64,000 nt of DNA, from the NCBI RefSeq assembly GCF_006345805.1, contig NC_042997.1, positions 142,104,001-142,168,000 of the forward strand. Direction: 5' to 3'. Position 1 is the first letter of the stretch, and the number at the start of each line of letters is the position of its first letter. Positions 11,697-24,707 of the stretch are shown piece after piece. The position numbers and the translations under genes were made by a program. The notes under the pieces are model-generated. The model saw only the letters and a program-made list of their open reading frames with translations, had not been told where the DNA came from and searched no databases. This DNA comes from Octopus sinensis. Lineage: Eukaryota.

Positions 11697-11787
<91 letters not shown>

Positions 11788-11890
11788 TGGATAAATAGAT
11801 AGGTAGAGATACAGAAGATATGTATACATACATACATACATACATACATACATGTGCTTAAACACACAAACACAAACTATATATACATAT
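11020..11890. repeat. Compound (TA)n/(GA)n/(CA)n/(TACA)n microsatellite blocks
   Basis: Direct inspection; source of the YI/CV-rich ORFs. Confidence 0.95.
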
Positions 11891-12138
11891 CATCACCATC
11901 ATCATCGTTGTCATTGTCATCTTAATGTTCAATTTTCCATGCTTGCATAAGGACCACTCAAAATTTTCTTTGGCCAGATACCCTTTCTGTTGTCAACCCT
12001 CACCTGTTTGCAAGCTCCTTGGCCAGACATGTTTTTTGAAGGACGAATGGAAAAAAACATTGCTTGTATGATGAGAATGATTGTTCACAACCATCATGTG
12101 ATTTCAGAAAGAAGGTACACACACATGCACGTGCGCGT

Positions 12139-12170
<32 letters not shown>

Positions 12171-12824
12171 CATCATCATCATCATCATACAACAGTTCAA
12201 CAATTTCATCTCTTTTGTTAACACTTTTCATCCCACTTTGGAATTTACTTCCATTGTATCTGACAGCTCTGTTAGTTTCTTCAATAGCTCCATCACTATC
12301 AACAATATCCATCTGTCCACCTCTATCCATTAGAAGCCTATTGACTCCTACTCCTATCTCCACTACTCTTCTTCTCACTCCAAACGCACTAAATTTGCTG
12401 CCATACCATTTTCTCAATTCCTTTGTCTTTACCAAATCTGCAGCACTGAATCAAATTTCGAATCCCAGTGTAAGAATGTGACAATTCTTCCTGAACTGAG
12501 GATACTCTTGATCATTTGGATTCCCTGCAATTCACCAGACCCAGGCCATCAATTGTGCCATCGTTCTCCTGTCCTCTTTATGCATACCTACAGACCATAT
12601 TCTGCTCTCATTCACCTTTCATTCATCCTTCCTTCCATTGAGAAACAAACTTATCCACAACTTCCAAATTCTGTTTCCTTCCCACACCCACTTTAATTTT
12701 TCCCACATCACTTGTCCTCACCCACAAAGAAGCTAAGGACATCAGGAACTTCTGTGTAAGAAGCTCTGTATCCCCAGCCCCACACGACCAGGCACTTTAA
12801 AATGCACTTGTCAATGATGTAATA

Positions 12825-13209
12825 CAATGGTTCCCAACCTGGAGTCCACAAAGGTAGTACTGGGGGTTGATGAACTAAATTCAAAATTTCATATCATCAT
12901 CATCATCATCATCGTTTAACGTCCGTTCTCCATGCTAGCATGGGTTGGACGGTTCGACCGGGGATCTGGAAAGCCAGAAGGCTGCACCAGGCTCCAGTCT
13001 TATCTGGCAGTGTTTCTACAGCTGGATGCCCTTCCTAACGCCAACCACTCCGTGAGTGTAGTGGGTGCTTTTTACGTGCCACCTGCACAGGTGCCAGGCG
13101 AGGCTGGCAATGGCCACGGTCGGATTGGTGTATTTTATGTGCCACCTGCACGGAAGCCAAACGAGGGGGTGCTGGCATCGGCCACGAGTCGGATAGTGCT
13201 TTCATATAT

Positions 13210-13273
<64 letters not shown>

Positions 13274-13542
13274 AATAAGAAAATGGAGAAACAATTTAGT
13301 TGGTTTATCAGCTTTAGGATATTAGAATGTTGACTTATTTATTTATTTAACAAAATGAGAACCATAATAACATACATATATACATTAAAATTCAATACAT
13401 ATAAGATAAGAATATAATTATAAAAACCTAAATATATATATATATATATATACATAAGGGTAAGAATATTAAAAGGGATCCATGGAAAAATTCATTTAAA
13501 TAAAAGGGCTGGGAACCAGTGGGAAAAGGTTGGGAACCACTG
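12825..13542. mobile_element. hAT (Charlie-like) MITE with 8-bp TSD, containing nested inserts
   Basis: TIRs CAATGGTTCCCAACCT / AGGTTGGGAACCACTG; TSD ATGTAATA at 12817-12824 and 13543-13550. Confidence 0.87.
12897..13200 (-). mobile_element. RTE-type 3' end nested in the hAT MITE
   Basis: (CAT)n-CGTTTAACGTCCG..CCATGCTAGCATGG..GGATGCCCTTCCTAACGCCAACCACTCC, with hairpin modules. Confidence 0.85.
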
Positions 13543-13919
13543 ATGTAATACCTGCACTTACATTAACAACACTACTAGCCTATCTCATAGTATCAAATTA
13601 TTCAGAATTTCTGTTGCATATCTTCCAGCCTTATATATTGTAGTATGTGCAAACTTTGCAGTGCACTTTATGTTGGAGAAACAGGCTGACACCTTGCTGA
13701 TCATATTTCGGAGCACATTCAATGAATAATACTCCTACATAAGTCTGGTCAACCTGTTGTCACGTATTCAACACAACAGGTATGTAACTTCTTTGTATAC
13801 CATGGGTTCCCATACTCAAGGAAATGGTGGAATTTGAACTCAAACTGTAAAGAGACAGAAGTAATACCACGTAGTAATTTTCCCAGCATTCTAACAAGTA
13901 TGCCAGTTCACTGCCTTAA

Positions 13920-14227
13920 CCCCTTACCTGGCAGAAACGAATATATGCGTTTTGACCGAAATCGTTTTATTCTATCTCTGGCGAGTTAACTCGTCAAAAG
14001 ATAGACTCGCCAAAATCGACAGCAAATGAGTTCCTTCGTCTAAAAACGGGTTAACTCGTTTCTGCCCAAAGTGGTAATTTAAAATCAATACTATTGAATT
14101 AAAATTCATAATAAATAAGGTTTGAAATATACCTCGAAATCACCATTCAAAACATAGTAAAATAAAACAATTAAAAAATATGTCTGAAAAAATACATTTA
14201 TTTTCAAAATAATTGTTGGGTAAGGGG
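13920..14227. mobile_element. piggyBac-like MITE with TTAA TSD
   Basis: TTAA|CCCCTTACC..GGTAAGGGG|TTAA; internal palindrome CGAGTTAACTCG and subterminal IR GGCAGAAACGA / TCGTTTCTGCC; CpG-rich, so probably young. Confidence 0.8.
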
Positions 14228-14635
14228 TTAATAATAAAAATAACAACTACAAATATTACAGATAGCAAAAGCGAATGGGGAAAGGAAGTGAGAATGAGAA
14301 GGAAGACAAAAGGAATTAAATTTGAAAGCAACAATAGACTCACGAGTTTGAAATCCATAAAGAGCAAGGTCACAAAAAGACAACTGATTAAATCTTAAAA
14401 GAATAATGTTACATATCAAATTGTCATGTTAAAGACATTAACTACTCCCATTCTGAAAGAAGAATGTAATTGAGAAAAGAAAACCAGAAATGAGTGAACA
14501 AAACTCCCAAGGCTCATAAAATCTAATCAGTAACTAATTTTCAACAGATACAGTGGAATTGTGTCAAAGAAAAAGTTATGGGTGTTGATAAAACATTTTG
14601 ACACTTCACAGTACAATTGATATATAAAAGGAAGT

Positions 14636-14850
14636 AAGGCAACAAGCTGGCAGAATCAATACCATGCCGGAAAAAATGCTTAGTGGCATTTCCTCTGGCT
14701 TTAAGTTCTGAGTTCAAATCCCACCAGGGCTACTTTGTTTTTCATCCTTTAAGGATCAATAAAATAAGTACAAGTTGAATGCTGGAGCCAATGTAATTGA
14801 TTTACTCCCTCTCGTGAAATTGCTGACCTTGTGCCAAAAATTGAAATATA
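14636..14850 (+). mobile_element. Family-A SINE
   Basis: GCTGGCAGAATC..GAGTTCAAATCCC..CCTTGTGCCAAAAATTGAAA. Confidence 0.8.
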
Positions 14851-14977
14851 AAATGAAAGTGAAAGTAACAGTTTTCCTTTGCTGTTTTTTAACCTTTTGT
14901 TGTTTCTTAAGAGGCTGAAATGTAATATATGATCTCAGATCAAGACCCTTACCACTAAAATCCAACATTAAAATATG

Positions 14978-15010
<33 letters not shown>

Positions 15011-15221
15011 TTGTATGTGTGAGTGAATGTGTGTGTCTAAAAGTTGTTCTTCTTTTGGGTTTTTTAACATGTTTCCATCTGTAAACTACGGTCATGTTGG
15101 GGCACAGCCTTGAAGAATTTTTAGTTGAATGAATTGACCCCAGTACTTACATTTGTTAAGCCTGGTACTTATTCTAGCCTTCACTTTTACCAAACCGCTA
15201 CATTATAGGGACACAAAAAGG

Positions 15222-15437
15222 CAGTGAGCTGGCAGAAACTTTAGACCGCCAGGCGAAATGCTTAGTAGTATTTTGTCTGTCTTTACATTCTGAGCTCAAA
15301 TTCCACCGAGGTCGACTTTGCCTTTGATCCTTTCGGGGTCAAGAAACTAAGTACCTGTTGCATACTAGGGTTAATCTAATCGACTGGCACCCACCTCATC
15401 AAAAAACTTCAGGCCTTGTGCCTAGAGTAGAAAAGAT
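15222..15437 (+). mobile_element. Family-A SINE
   Basis: GGCAGTGAGCTGGCAGAAAC..CCGAGGTCGACTTTGCCTTT..CCTTGTGCCTAGAGTAGAAAAGATTAT. Confidence 0.85.
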
Positions 15438-16369
15438 TATGTGGACACAAACACGCCAACACTAGTTGTCAAGTGTGGTGAAGGACAAAGACAAACACAC
15501 ACACATATATAAAATACTAAAATGGGACAAGAACGAAAACATCCAGACAGTTAGGTGAAACAAAAAGGGGACAACAAAATATCCAGACCGACGATACAAG
15601 GAAAACAAGGACGGATCATTCGGAGTTTTCTATCTTCAGTTGAGTTCCAGATTATCTTTGCAATTTCAGCTGGTTATACTCAAGAATGCTCCAATCTGGT
15701 CAGCCCCAAGAAAAAAAATGAGTTAAGAGCATTACATTCCTTGGAAGAATGCAGCGAATGTATACGGAAATAAGGATAGAAAAAAACCCAGAAATGTTTC
15801 ACAAATACAAATAACAGGACATAACAACAGGTGTCTTTTGATTAAGCAGGCATGTGTGGAAGTAAAGCCTTAGCATATAGTCATAGGCATACCGCATGAG
15901 TGGACTTTTACTTTGTTATATATATATATATATACATGGTCAGCCCAAGGCTATAGTAGAAGACACTTGCCCAAGGTACCATGCAGTGGGACTGAACCAG
16001 GAATCATGTAGCTGGGAAGCAAGCTCCTTACCACACAGCCACAGCTCTTCCTTCTACTGAAGAACATAAGTGGGGATAAATATTATCTTTCAGTATTAAT
16101 ACTGCCTTTGTCACTGATATACATTTTTTTAACAATCTACTGAATTAGTCAAAAAGTAGTTAAACAGCAAGGAAGTTTGGTATTTATATCTGACAAGGGG
16201 TATAGGACAGGATGTAGGCAATATAAGTGGGGAAAAGGATTTGGATTCACAATGTAAATAAGAAATTGTGACCAGTTTTGGGTGTGGTTGGGGTAGATGT
16301 GGCATTACCTTGTATGATACCCTGTATGACAATCAATTGCAACAGTCTGTTAGGGGAAGAAGGAAAATG

Positions 16370-17309
16370 GTATCACTTGGAATGTCACCCTTGCTGTATG
16401 TGTACAAGCATTATCATGATGGAAGAACACCTGTCATCTTGAAACCAAAGATGGTCGTTTTTCGTCTAGCACTGCTTGCAGTAGATCTCTTTTGTTATTG
16501 TTTGGTTTGGGTTTAAAAGTTCAAAGTGGACTAAACATTTCATATCCCACCAAACAGATAACAACCCTTTACATAGGTGAAGACCTTCTGTAGCCTGGGG
16601 TACCAGTGTTTCTCCTTTCCCTTCCCACTGTCTTTGACACTTGACATTTTTATAGAGAACCCATTTCTTGTCACCAGTCACTATTCAGTCCAAAAAAAGT
16701 TCATTCATGAGACATAACAGCAAAGAAGAGCACACATTCACTCTCTGTGCGCAATTAGACTTGGAAAGTTTGTGAGGAACCCTTTGACCCAATTTGCTGA
16801 TTTTTCTGATGGTACGCAGGTGTCGATGAATGGTTGAATGACCAAATCCAAGCTTCTCTGCTAGTTCCTCAACAGTTACGATGGGATTTTGTTCCATCAG
16901 GGTTTGCAGGATGTCCTCATTGAGTTCTACAGATCTTCTAGGACAAGGTTCATCTTTTAGTCTGCAATTTTCAGCTCGGAATTTCAGGAACCACCGTTGA
17001 CACTGGCTTACACTTATTGTCCAATCCCCATATACTGCATTAATATTTCCCACACTTTTCACACTGTTGTCTTTATTGAACTCATAAAGTAAAATATGCC
17101 CAATATGCTTTGTCATTTCCATCATAGCTTTGAAAGAAATAACTGTTAAAATCGAATTACACTCTTCAAAACTTGCACTAAGAATAAGTACAAGGTAAAA
17201 TTACTAGTTTCTTTTATAGCAAGTTGATGCAGGTAGTTTCTCCAATCACCCTCTGACTTTTAGTGCATGCAATTGAAAAAAAACGCATTATTTATGGGAT
17301 GGCCCAGTA
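16370..17309 (-). pseudogene. Mariner transposase relic with 5' TIR, 3'-truncated
   Basis: HILLYEF..SQCQRWFLKFR..DEPCPRR..TVEELAEKL..GQRVPHKLS..FLD*IVTGDKKWVLY..LLSVWWD..EKRPSLVSR*QVFFHHDNA; TIR TA|CTGGGCCATCCCATAAATAATGCG. Confidence 0.92.
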
Positions 17310-18349
17310 TGCATGTGTATGCCTGAGTGTGAGGTCATTGCATAATAGTTGTAAATGATTGTTACTGTCACACAGTTAGTGTCATTCATTTCCAATGTTC
17401 TGCAAAAACATATCTGACCATGAAGAAATATTACTTTGCTTTAAGTTAGAGTTAAAACAATGATGATAATATAAGATATTTAGAAGCACGAATCTGAGCC
17501 AGAATGAGAACGGGCACTTCTATGGAACGCAATTTACTAGGTGGCCACATTGACTATTAACTCTATAGACTGCATGCTGTCTCCTCACAAATAAAGCTAT
17601 ATAAATGTTTTATGGTAGAAACTAGAAGTGGAGAACAATTTTATATCTGAAAGCCACATTGAATTAAACGCAATTTAATAAGCTTGCATTAAAGAAAATT
17701 TTATTAAATATACAGAGAAATGTAATTACATTTATTGTGAAAATTTAATTATAAATATATTTATAAATATTAACAGAAGAAATAAAAAATGTAAGCAGAC
17801 TTTTTAATACACACAAACACACACACACACACGCATGTATATATGTGTATAATATATATATATATATATTTAAAAATTTTTAAATTTGTTTTGCAAGTAT
17901 TTTTATATAAAGCCAAGTGATGAAACTGATATTATGATACTTTGGGCAAGTCACATAGGCATTAAACACACCCACCAGTTGTTCAGTTCAATTTGTTTAG
18001 TTATATTGTAAGAAATTATTCACCACACAGCTGTGATCTTTGCAGTGATCCAAAATTTGCAAACTGATTTTCTTGAGTATATTATGTTTTCAAGTGCAAT
18101 CTCTATGTTGTCAAACATGTGAGTGTGATACCAAGTTGTTTTGTTTTTATAGTGTAGATATTTATTGGATTATTTTTTTAAGAAATTGTTTATTTACTTT
18201 AGATTTTGTTAGTGCTAACATAAAAAAATATAAGTTGTGCATGTGTGTGTGGGTGTGTGTGCAGCTGTAGTTGTTTTATATCTTATTTGATATTCTGTGC
18301 TATATTATTGTGGTGGTTGTTGGTGGTTGAGGCATATTGTTACCCCATT

Positions 18350-18580
18350 CATTCTTTTTCTAGTAAAAGTGTACATTGAATCAGAATTTGATTCCAGTAT
18401 ACATACAGCCTCTGTAAATTGTTGTAATACCAGGTCTTGGTACACGTGAAAAACATTTGTATTTCAGTATTGTTTACTGAACCATTGTACTTCTGTACAG
18501 AGTGTTGATAAAACAGAGTTCTCTGTTTCTTTTTCATTGCATTCAAATCAGTATCTCCAGTGCTTTCACCTAAACTGCAA
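18350..18580 (-). pseudogene. Possible hAT/Charlie transposase fragment
   Basis: QRTLFYQH / TEVQWFSK with a frameshift resembles LLxHTEVRWLSRG; short and decayed. Confidence 0.3.
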
Positions 18581-19492
18581 GATGTTTCTCCTATATGATT
18601 GCAATGATGTTTATACCTACATTGCCCTTTCAACCATCTCAATTAGTTTACATTCCTAGATCTGCAATTTATCTGTGTGTTGGATGGGAATAATCAGCAG
18701 TTGTTGCCAGTGCATGGTTTTTCTTAAATGAATATGATTTACATAATAGTGACTTGATGGATTTGTTTATATTTTCTACTTCATTGAATTTAAAATTGTT
18801 TCATGCAGTACTTTCTTAAATTTGTGTATGATTTCACTTTTGGGTGTAGCCATAATGAACGTAATATCTTGGGATTTGTTATTGTCATTGCATAAACTTT
18901 CTTTGACGTTTTTTTTCTTTTTCTTTCAAACACATCCTGGAATTTGTTCCAGTGCATTGAGTACACTCTATTTGTATCACCAACCCTACAAAAAAAAGGG
19001 TGATGAAATGCAAGATTGACTTTGGAGGGATTTGAATATGGACATAAGGTACAAGTATGACTGCACAGTTAAAAAGTTCCCTTCATAACTATGAGGTTTT
19101 GAGTTCAATTACATCAATTCAACCAAAGATGAATGAGTGTAAAAGAATCTCACCAGATGTGAGTGTGAGTATGAGTAAATGTACTTGTGTTTGTGTATGT
19201 GCATGTGTTTTCTGTGTGTATAGGTGTTTGTTCATATCTCTCTGTCTTGACATCATGCACTAATGGTAAACAAACATCATCACTGTACAGTGTCATTCAA
19301 ACATGTCTGGCCAGTGTATTGTTAATATTTGAATGATTACAGGAAATATCATGTCACTTGAAAACAGCTGAAGTTTGGTGGCAAAGAAGAGCATCCAGCC
19401 ATAGAAAATCTGCTTCAATAAATTTTGTCTACCTCATGCAAGCATAGAAAAGTGGATGTTAAACCACAATGATAAATGATGACATAAACGGC

Positions 19493-19902
19493 AGATCTTT
19501 TCAGTTTGAACGGCAGTTTTTTCTAGCGGTGTCATATGAAATTGTCACTCATAATTATGACCCTAGTATCGATCTATTGCATTTCAATGTTTTAGGGTTA
19601 GGGATGGGGGGGAAGGGTATCTTTTTTTCTTCACAAATGTAAATAAACCCAAACTGTTTCTTAAACGAGGGACATATTCATATGGCACAGAATGTTGTTT
19701 ACCTCAATGGACGTAATTGATTGGTTGAAATTACAGAAATTGAAGAAAAAATACAACAAATATCTTACAAACTATGGAATTTTCTCAATAAAGCCAAGAG
19801 AAAAAGATGTTTTATAAACACATTCTACCAGTATATGAAGTTTAAAATTTTTTAGTTACCTAGAAATTATGTTAAAAACTGCCGTTGGAACCGAAAAGAT
19901 CC
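19493..19902. mobile_element. MITE with ~28-bp TIRs and a probable 8-bp TSD
   Basis: AGATCTTTTCAGTTTGAACGGCAGTTTTT / AAAAACTGCCGTTGGAACCGAAAAGATCC; flanks TAAACGGC and TAGACGGC (1 mismatch). Confidence 0.8.
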
Positions 19903-20241
19903 TAGACGGCTGCAATAAATACCACAAGGCATTTAGTCCAATGCTCTAAAGCTGCTATTAATTTGCCACATTTAAAAAATATTTGATATGACTTTCATAA
20001 GCACAAATGGAAAACAAAAAGAGAACAGAGACACTGACAGGACTCAAACCACATAGCTATCACATTACATGTGACCCTGTTACTGATAACCACCCTCTCC
20101 CCACACACTCACATATTGTGGCAGGAAGACCTGTGGTGTTGACATGTATTCATCAACTTTTGCCCATACTCACACATGATGTGTGCGCATTCAAAATGAT
20201 ATGCATACTATAAAACAATGCCTTTTTTTCTTTTATGATAA

Positions 20242-20298
<57 letters not shown>

Positions 20299-21366
20299 CA
20301 CACACACACACACATGCTAATCAATTTAGTTATAAAGGCCATCTATATCCTATCATTTGGTGTGTATTGTGTTACAAGGAGTGCTGCTCTTAGAGTAATT
20401 TTACATTGAAAAGATGAATATATTTGCATAAATATCACTTTATTATTAGGTTCCTCATCTTACACCTGAAACAAAACAAACAGACTAAGAAAGACAAGCA
20501 AATAGGTGTTCTTACTGAAGACTGCAAACATATTAGAGTTGATTAGATTTGGGGAAATATCTACAATGTTTGTACCAGTCAGTATTAATATTTCTATTTA
20601 TGGCTGCTCTTACATGCAGTCAGGAGATCAAAATCATTTCATTGGCTTCATACAGTGAAGGGTCACATTTGTGCTACATAAAAAAAAAAATCATATTTCA
20701 GACAGGCTTCTTACAAAATAATAGTTAACAGGAAACAACCACAAGGGAAAGCAGCTGATTCATGATCAGCTTCAAAACCTGTGAAACCTCCTTGCAGTTC
20801 AATGGAAAACAAGTAGATTGATATCTCCCAGTGATCTGTGGATAGAATTTAGAGGTATCATAGCCAGTGATTATAAGCATCAATTATAAGTAACTAAATC
20901 TCAAAGATGTCATTTATTTCGGTGATCCTGTCTTTGTCATGGCTCTCATTGCAATTGAGGACAATTTCTGACAATGGGTGGAGGCAAATAGCATAAATAT
21001 GATTTGCTTCAAAGTAACCAACCACAGCATGAGTATTGTTACAATACTAATTTTGTAGAAAGATTTTCAACTGAAATAAAATTAAAACTTAAAGTACTTG
21101 ATAATCAAAAATAACTTTTGATACATTTGATGGGCAATATTCAAAACAGAAAAAGTTGAAATATTCTTTTTTGATACATCTGGAAGGGCAAGAAAAAACA
21201 TTCTGATAAGCCTACATGAAATAAGCAAACATGAAAACTGCATAGCAGTTGTCTCTTCTGGCACTGCTGCCAATCTGTTATCTGGAGGCAAAACAATTAA
21301 TAGTGCATTCAAAATGGCTATGGAACCTCACCATTGATAACACAATAACCTAAAACATTAATACAA

Positions 21367-21506
21367 TATTATTTGCCAACATACTGCAGCAGTCCTGGTT
21401 AGGATGAATGTTACAGTTATTTAGCCCCAGGAAACATTGTCTCCAGTTGGCTAAACGACACACTATCTGTGTCCTTATATTTTCAAACAAGGGAGTTTAG
21501 CATCCC
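21367..21506. mobile_element. Partial, oppositely oriented copy of the adjacent foldback MITE
   Basis: Inner TIR segment plus the reverse complement of the 21750-21850 internal region. Confidence 0.8.
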
Positions 21507-21649
21507 CACTCAGCACAAAGCATACCGTGGTTTCTGGGTTATTTCTCTTTATCAGCACAGAATAACTGCTTGGCTAGAGATGGCACTGCTAAATTCCTGA
21601 TTGAAAATATATAATTTTCAAAGTGATACACAGTCACTGATCTAATAAA

Positions 21650-21950
21650 TAGAAAAATTATTATTTCTAAATTTCTCAATGAGAGACATTCAGTAACAGT
21701 ACTCTAAGGTAAAGATTATTTGCCAACATAATGTGGCAGTCCTGGTTGGGATGTTAAACTCCCTTGTTTGAAAATATAAGGACACAGACAGAGTGTCATA
21801 TAGCCAGCTGGAGACAAGGTTTCTGGGGCTGAATAACAGTAACATTCATCCCAACCTGGACTACCACATTATGTTCGCAAATAATATTTACTTTAGAGTA
21901 CTGTTACTGAATGTCTCTCATTGAGAGATTTAGAAATAATAACTTTTCTA
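21650..21950. mobile_element. Foldback MITE with ~100-bp TIRs
   Basis: TAGAAAAATTATTATTTCTAAATTTCTCAATGAGAGACATTCAGTAACAGTACTCTAA..CTGGTTGGGATG versus its near-exact reverse complement ending ..AATAATAACTTTTCTA. Confidence 0.9.
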
Positions 21951-24180
21951 TTAATAAAAGAATAGAATTGAAATGCTAAAACAGAGTGCAAATTATAATT
22001 TGTGACAAGTTTTCTATGTCCCAAAAGTACCATTTAAAGTTTTGGACCAAACTGGTATAGATATGAAAGACAAATTTTCCTTTCAGAAGATTAACAATAG
22101 TCTTAGTAGGAAACTTTTGTCTGACACTTATGATGCTTCCAAAGAGGACAAGAGCAGATTGAATCAGAGTTACTTCAAATTGAAGCCTTTATGAAGGCGT
22201 GTTAAGAAACTCAAGTATGAGAGTTTATGTTAACATACAGAAATGCTCAGCTTAATTTGCTACAACACTTTCAGAACTTGAAAAATGAGTGTTTTGTACC
22301 TGATCAAAACAGGGATATATCTTTGGCTGTCATTAGTGAATTGACATTGTCAGGTGATGAACTAAAAACAAGCATTTCACATCATTCAACAGAATTGCTA
22401 CAATCACAAATAACTATAAGAAACAACAATGCTTGCCACACCCAAAAAGGCTACTAAGAATAAGATCATCTACAAATAAATTATTCAATAGTTGCAAGAA
22501 GATGAATTTGTTTGCAAGCCTCTTGATGCTGTCTTAAATCCCAGAGAAACTATAAACTATGCCCCACTGAGCTGCAGTTACCAGATGTGCCACATTATAG
22601 GCTTGTGCTGAAGAAAGGATTCTCAATTCTCCTTAAGAACTTGGGTGCTCTGAGTATGTGCATTGGCCCAAGGGTGGTAATCAAACAACAAATGATACAG
22701 TTAAATAGCAACAATACCATCAGGATGTAATGGTGTGTGTTGTATTTATCTCAGGAGTTACAATCATCACTACCTCATTTGAATTTAGAAGACTGTGATT
22801 CACACTCAGTATGTATTTTTCTATATTCATTAGAATTACAGAGGCAATATATACATACATACTTAAATACATATATACATACAAACATACATACATGTAT
22901 GCATATGTGTTTGTGCATGTATACATGTATATGTGTGTATGCCTGTTTATGGATGCATATGGAGTTCTGATAATATAACTGAAAATAAAGAATAAGACCA
23001 AACACACACAAAACAAAAAAAAATACGATTTATCCAAAAATGATGAATCTACATTATAACAAAGGGAAATATCTACACTAAAGATGAACAACCATGGATA
23101 ATACCAAAACCAGTGAAACAAACTGTGTTTTCAAAAATGAAGAACCAACACTATATCTCAAAACAAGTATGTGCACCAAAAGCATAACACATGATGAAAC
23201 TACAACAATTTAAGCAAAATAGAGGAACTAAAATTCTAATAAAAGAAAATAGCCATAAAATATGATAAAAATAGAATATAAATAAAGATCAACATAAAAA
23301 AAATGCGAGAAAAGATGAAGTGTAACAAAGCAAGATATCATGAAATATGAAGACCATTTCTGCAGAATATGATGAAAAATGTACAAAATCAAAGATGAAC
23401 ATCCAAGAATGTCGTTAATCATAAAAAAAACTAAGACTGTAACCAATAATGAAGAACTAAAACTGTAGAGGAAAATGAAGAATTAAGAAAATAATCAAAG
23501 ATGTTGAACTAAGGATATAATCAATGTTGAAAAACTATGTAACCAAAGATTAATAAATAAGAATATTGTTACAGATTAAGGAATAACAATGTAAACAAAG
23601 ATTAAGAAGAAAAGTTAGAACCAAAAATACAACATAAAGAACCTAGAATATAACTAAAGAGAAAAAAATAAAAGACAGTATATACTCAAAGATGAATAAT
23701 GCACCCAAAGATAAGGAACCAACATTTTATAAGAAAGGAAATTAAAATCAAAGTACAAAATGAAAGAAGGAAACCAAAGAACAGAGTCTACGAATGGAAC
23801 TAAAAAAGCAGCAGACACAAAAAAGATGATGAAATATGAAGACAACAAAACATGAACAAAGATGAAGGCAACCACAGAAGATAACCAAAGAAGAATGCTT
23901 TTAATGATTAAAAAAATATTCAGAAATAAACAATGGTAACAACTATGGCAAAATAATACTGCAAATGAAGTTCCAAGATTATAACCAAGGAATGCAATGA
24001 CTAGAACTAGACATGATGAATTATGAATATAACCAAAATGTGACGGACCAATAATTTTCAACAAGGTCAAAGACCCAAGAGTACAAACAAGGACAAACAC
24101 CATATAATACAATAATTTAATCATTGATAAAGAACTATGAATATAAGGGAAAATAAAGGGCTAACAATAAAACAAAATAT

Positions 24181-24549
24181 AACAAAGAGTACTCAGAGAG
24201 TGCAAACCTCCGCCAAGACAACACCAACGTCCTCTCAATGATTAGCCAGAGATGATTTTTAAAATGAGAATATCTGAAATAAACTCGACTGCTCTCACAA
24301 ACGAGAATACTAAAAATGATCCCGACCGTTCTCAAAAATTAAGTAAAAAAAAACCCAGAAAAATAATCTGGAATTGTTGTTTGGTACCAGATTGATCTCA
24401 ACATCTAATTAGTTCATGCTAGTCACAGGGCCAAACATCCCTGAAAGTTTCATCTGAATCCATTCAGTAGTTCTTGAGATATCTCATCCACAGACAAATA
24501 AACAAATACAACTGAAAACAATACCTCCACCTTCACTAAGGCAGAGGTA
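24181..24549 (-). mobile_element. Helentron/DINE-1-like element (copy 2)
   Basis: Homologous to 4303-4668 along its length, with the same terminal hairpin. Confidence 0.55.
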
Positions 24550-24707
24550 ATTAACAAAAAAAAAAAAATGAAGAAGCACCATTATAATAAAAAATTAAGA
24601 AGTGAGTATATGAGTATATTGCTAAAGATGAAGAAGAAAGATAAAAGATTTTAACTGAAAACAAGGAACTGAAGGTCAAAACAAAAGAAGATGATTTCAA
24701 AGTAAGA

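Larger units (their letters stand above)
12190..13785 (+). pseudogene. Penelope-like element remnant (RT C-terminus plus GIY-YIG), split by a hAT MITE
   Basis: FISFVNTFHPTLEFT..STSIH*KPIDSYSYLHYSSSH..IPFSQFL, then PGTLKC..CN|TC and SSLIYCSMCKLCSALYVGETG*HLADHISEH after the insertion. Confidence 0.85.
20440..22830 (+). pseudogene. Helitron Rep/PIF1-helicase relic, interrupted at about 21350-21950
   Basis: Collinear motifs: YFYLWLLLHAVRRSKSFHWLHTVKGHICAT; FFDTSGRARKNILISL..IAVVSSGTAANLLSGGKTINSAFK; QIIICDKFSMSQK; LVGNFCLTLMMLPKRTRAD; LQLPDVPHYRLVLKKG..LLKNLGALSMCIGPRVVIK; SFEFRRL*F. Confidence 0.85.

Noticed and set aside
13923-13934. Match to the U1 snRNA 5' end (CTTACCTGGCAG)
   Set aside because: Only 12 nt; downstream sequence is not U1 and belongs to a MITE terminus.
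15600-15650. Hammerhead-like CTGAAGA..CGAA on the minus strand of an interspersed repeat
   Set aside because: Core reads GAAT rather than GAAA, and stem I cannot pair at the cleavage site.
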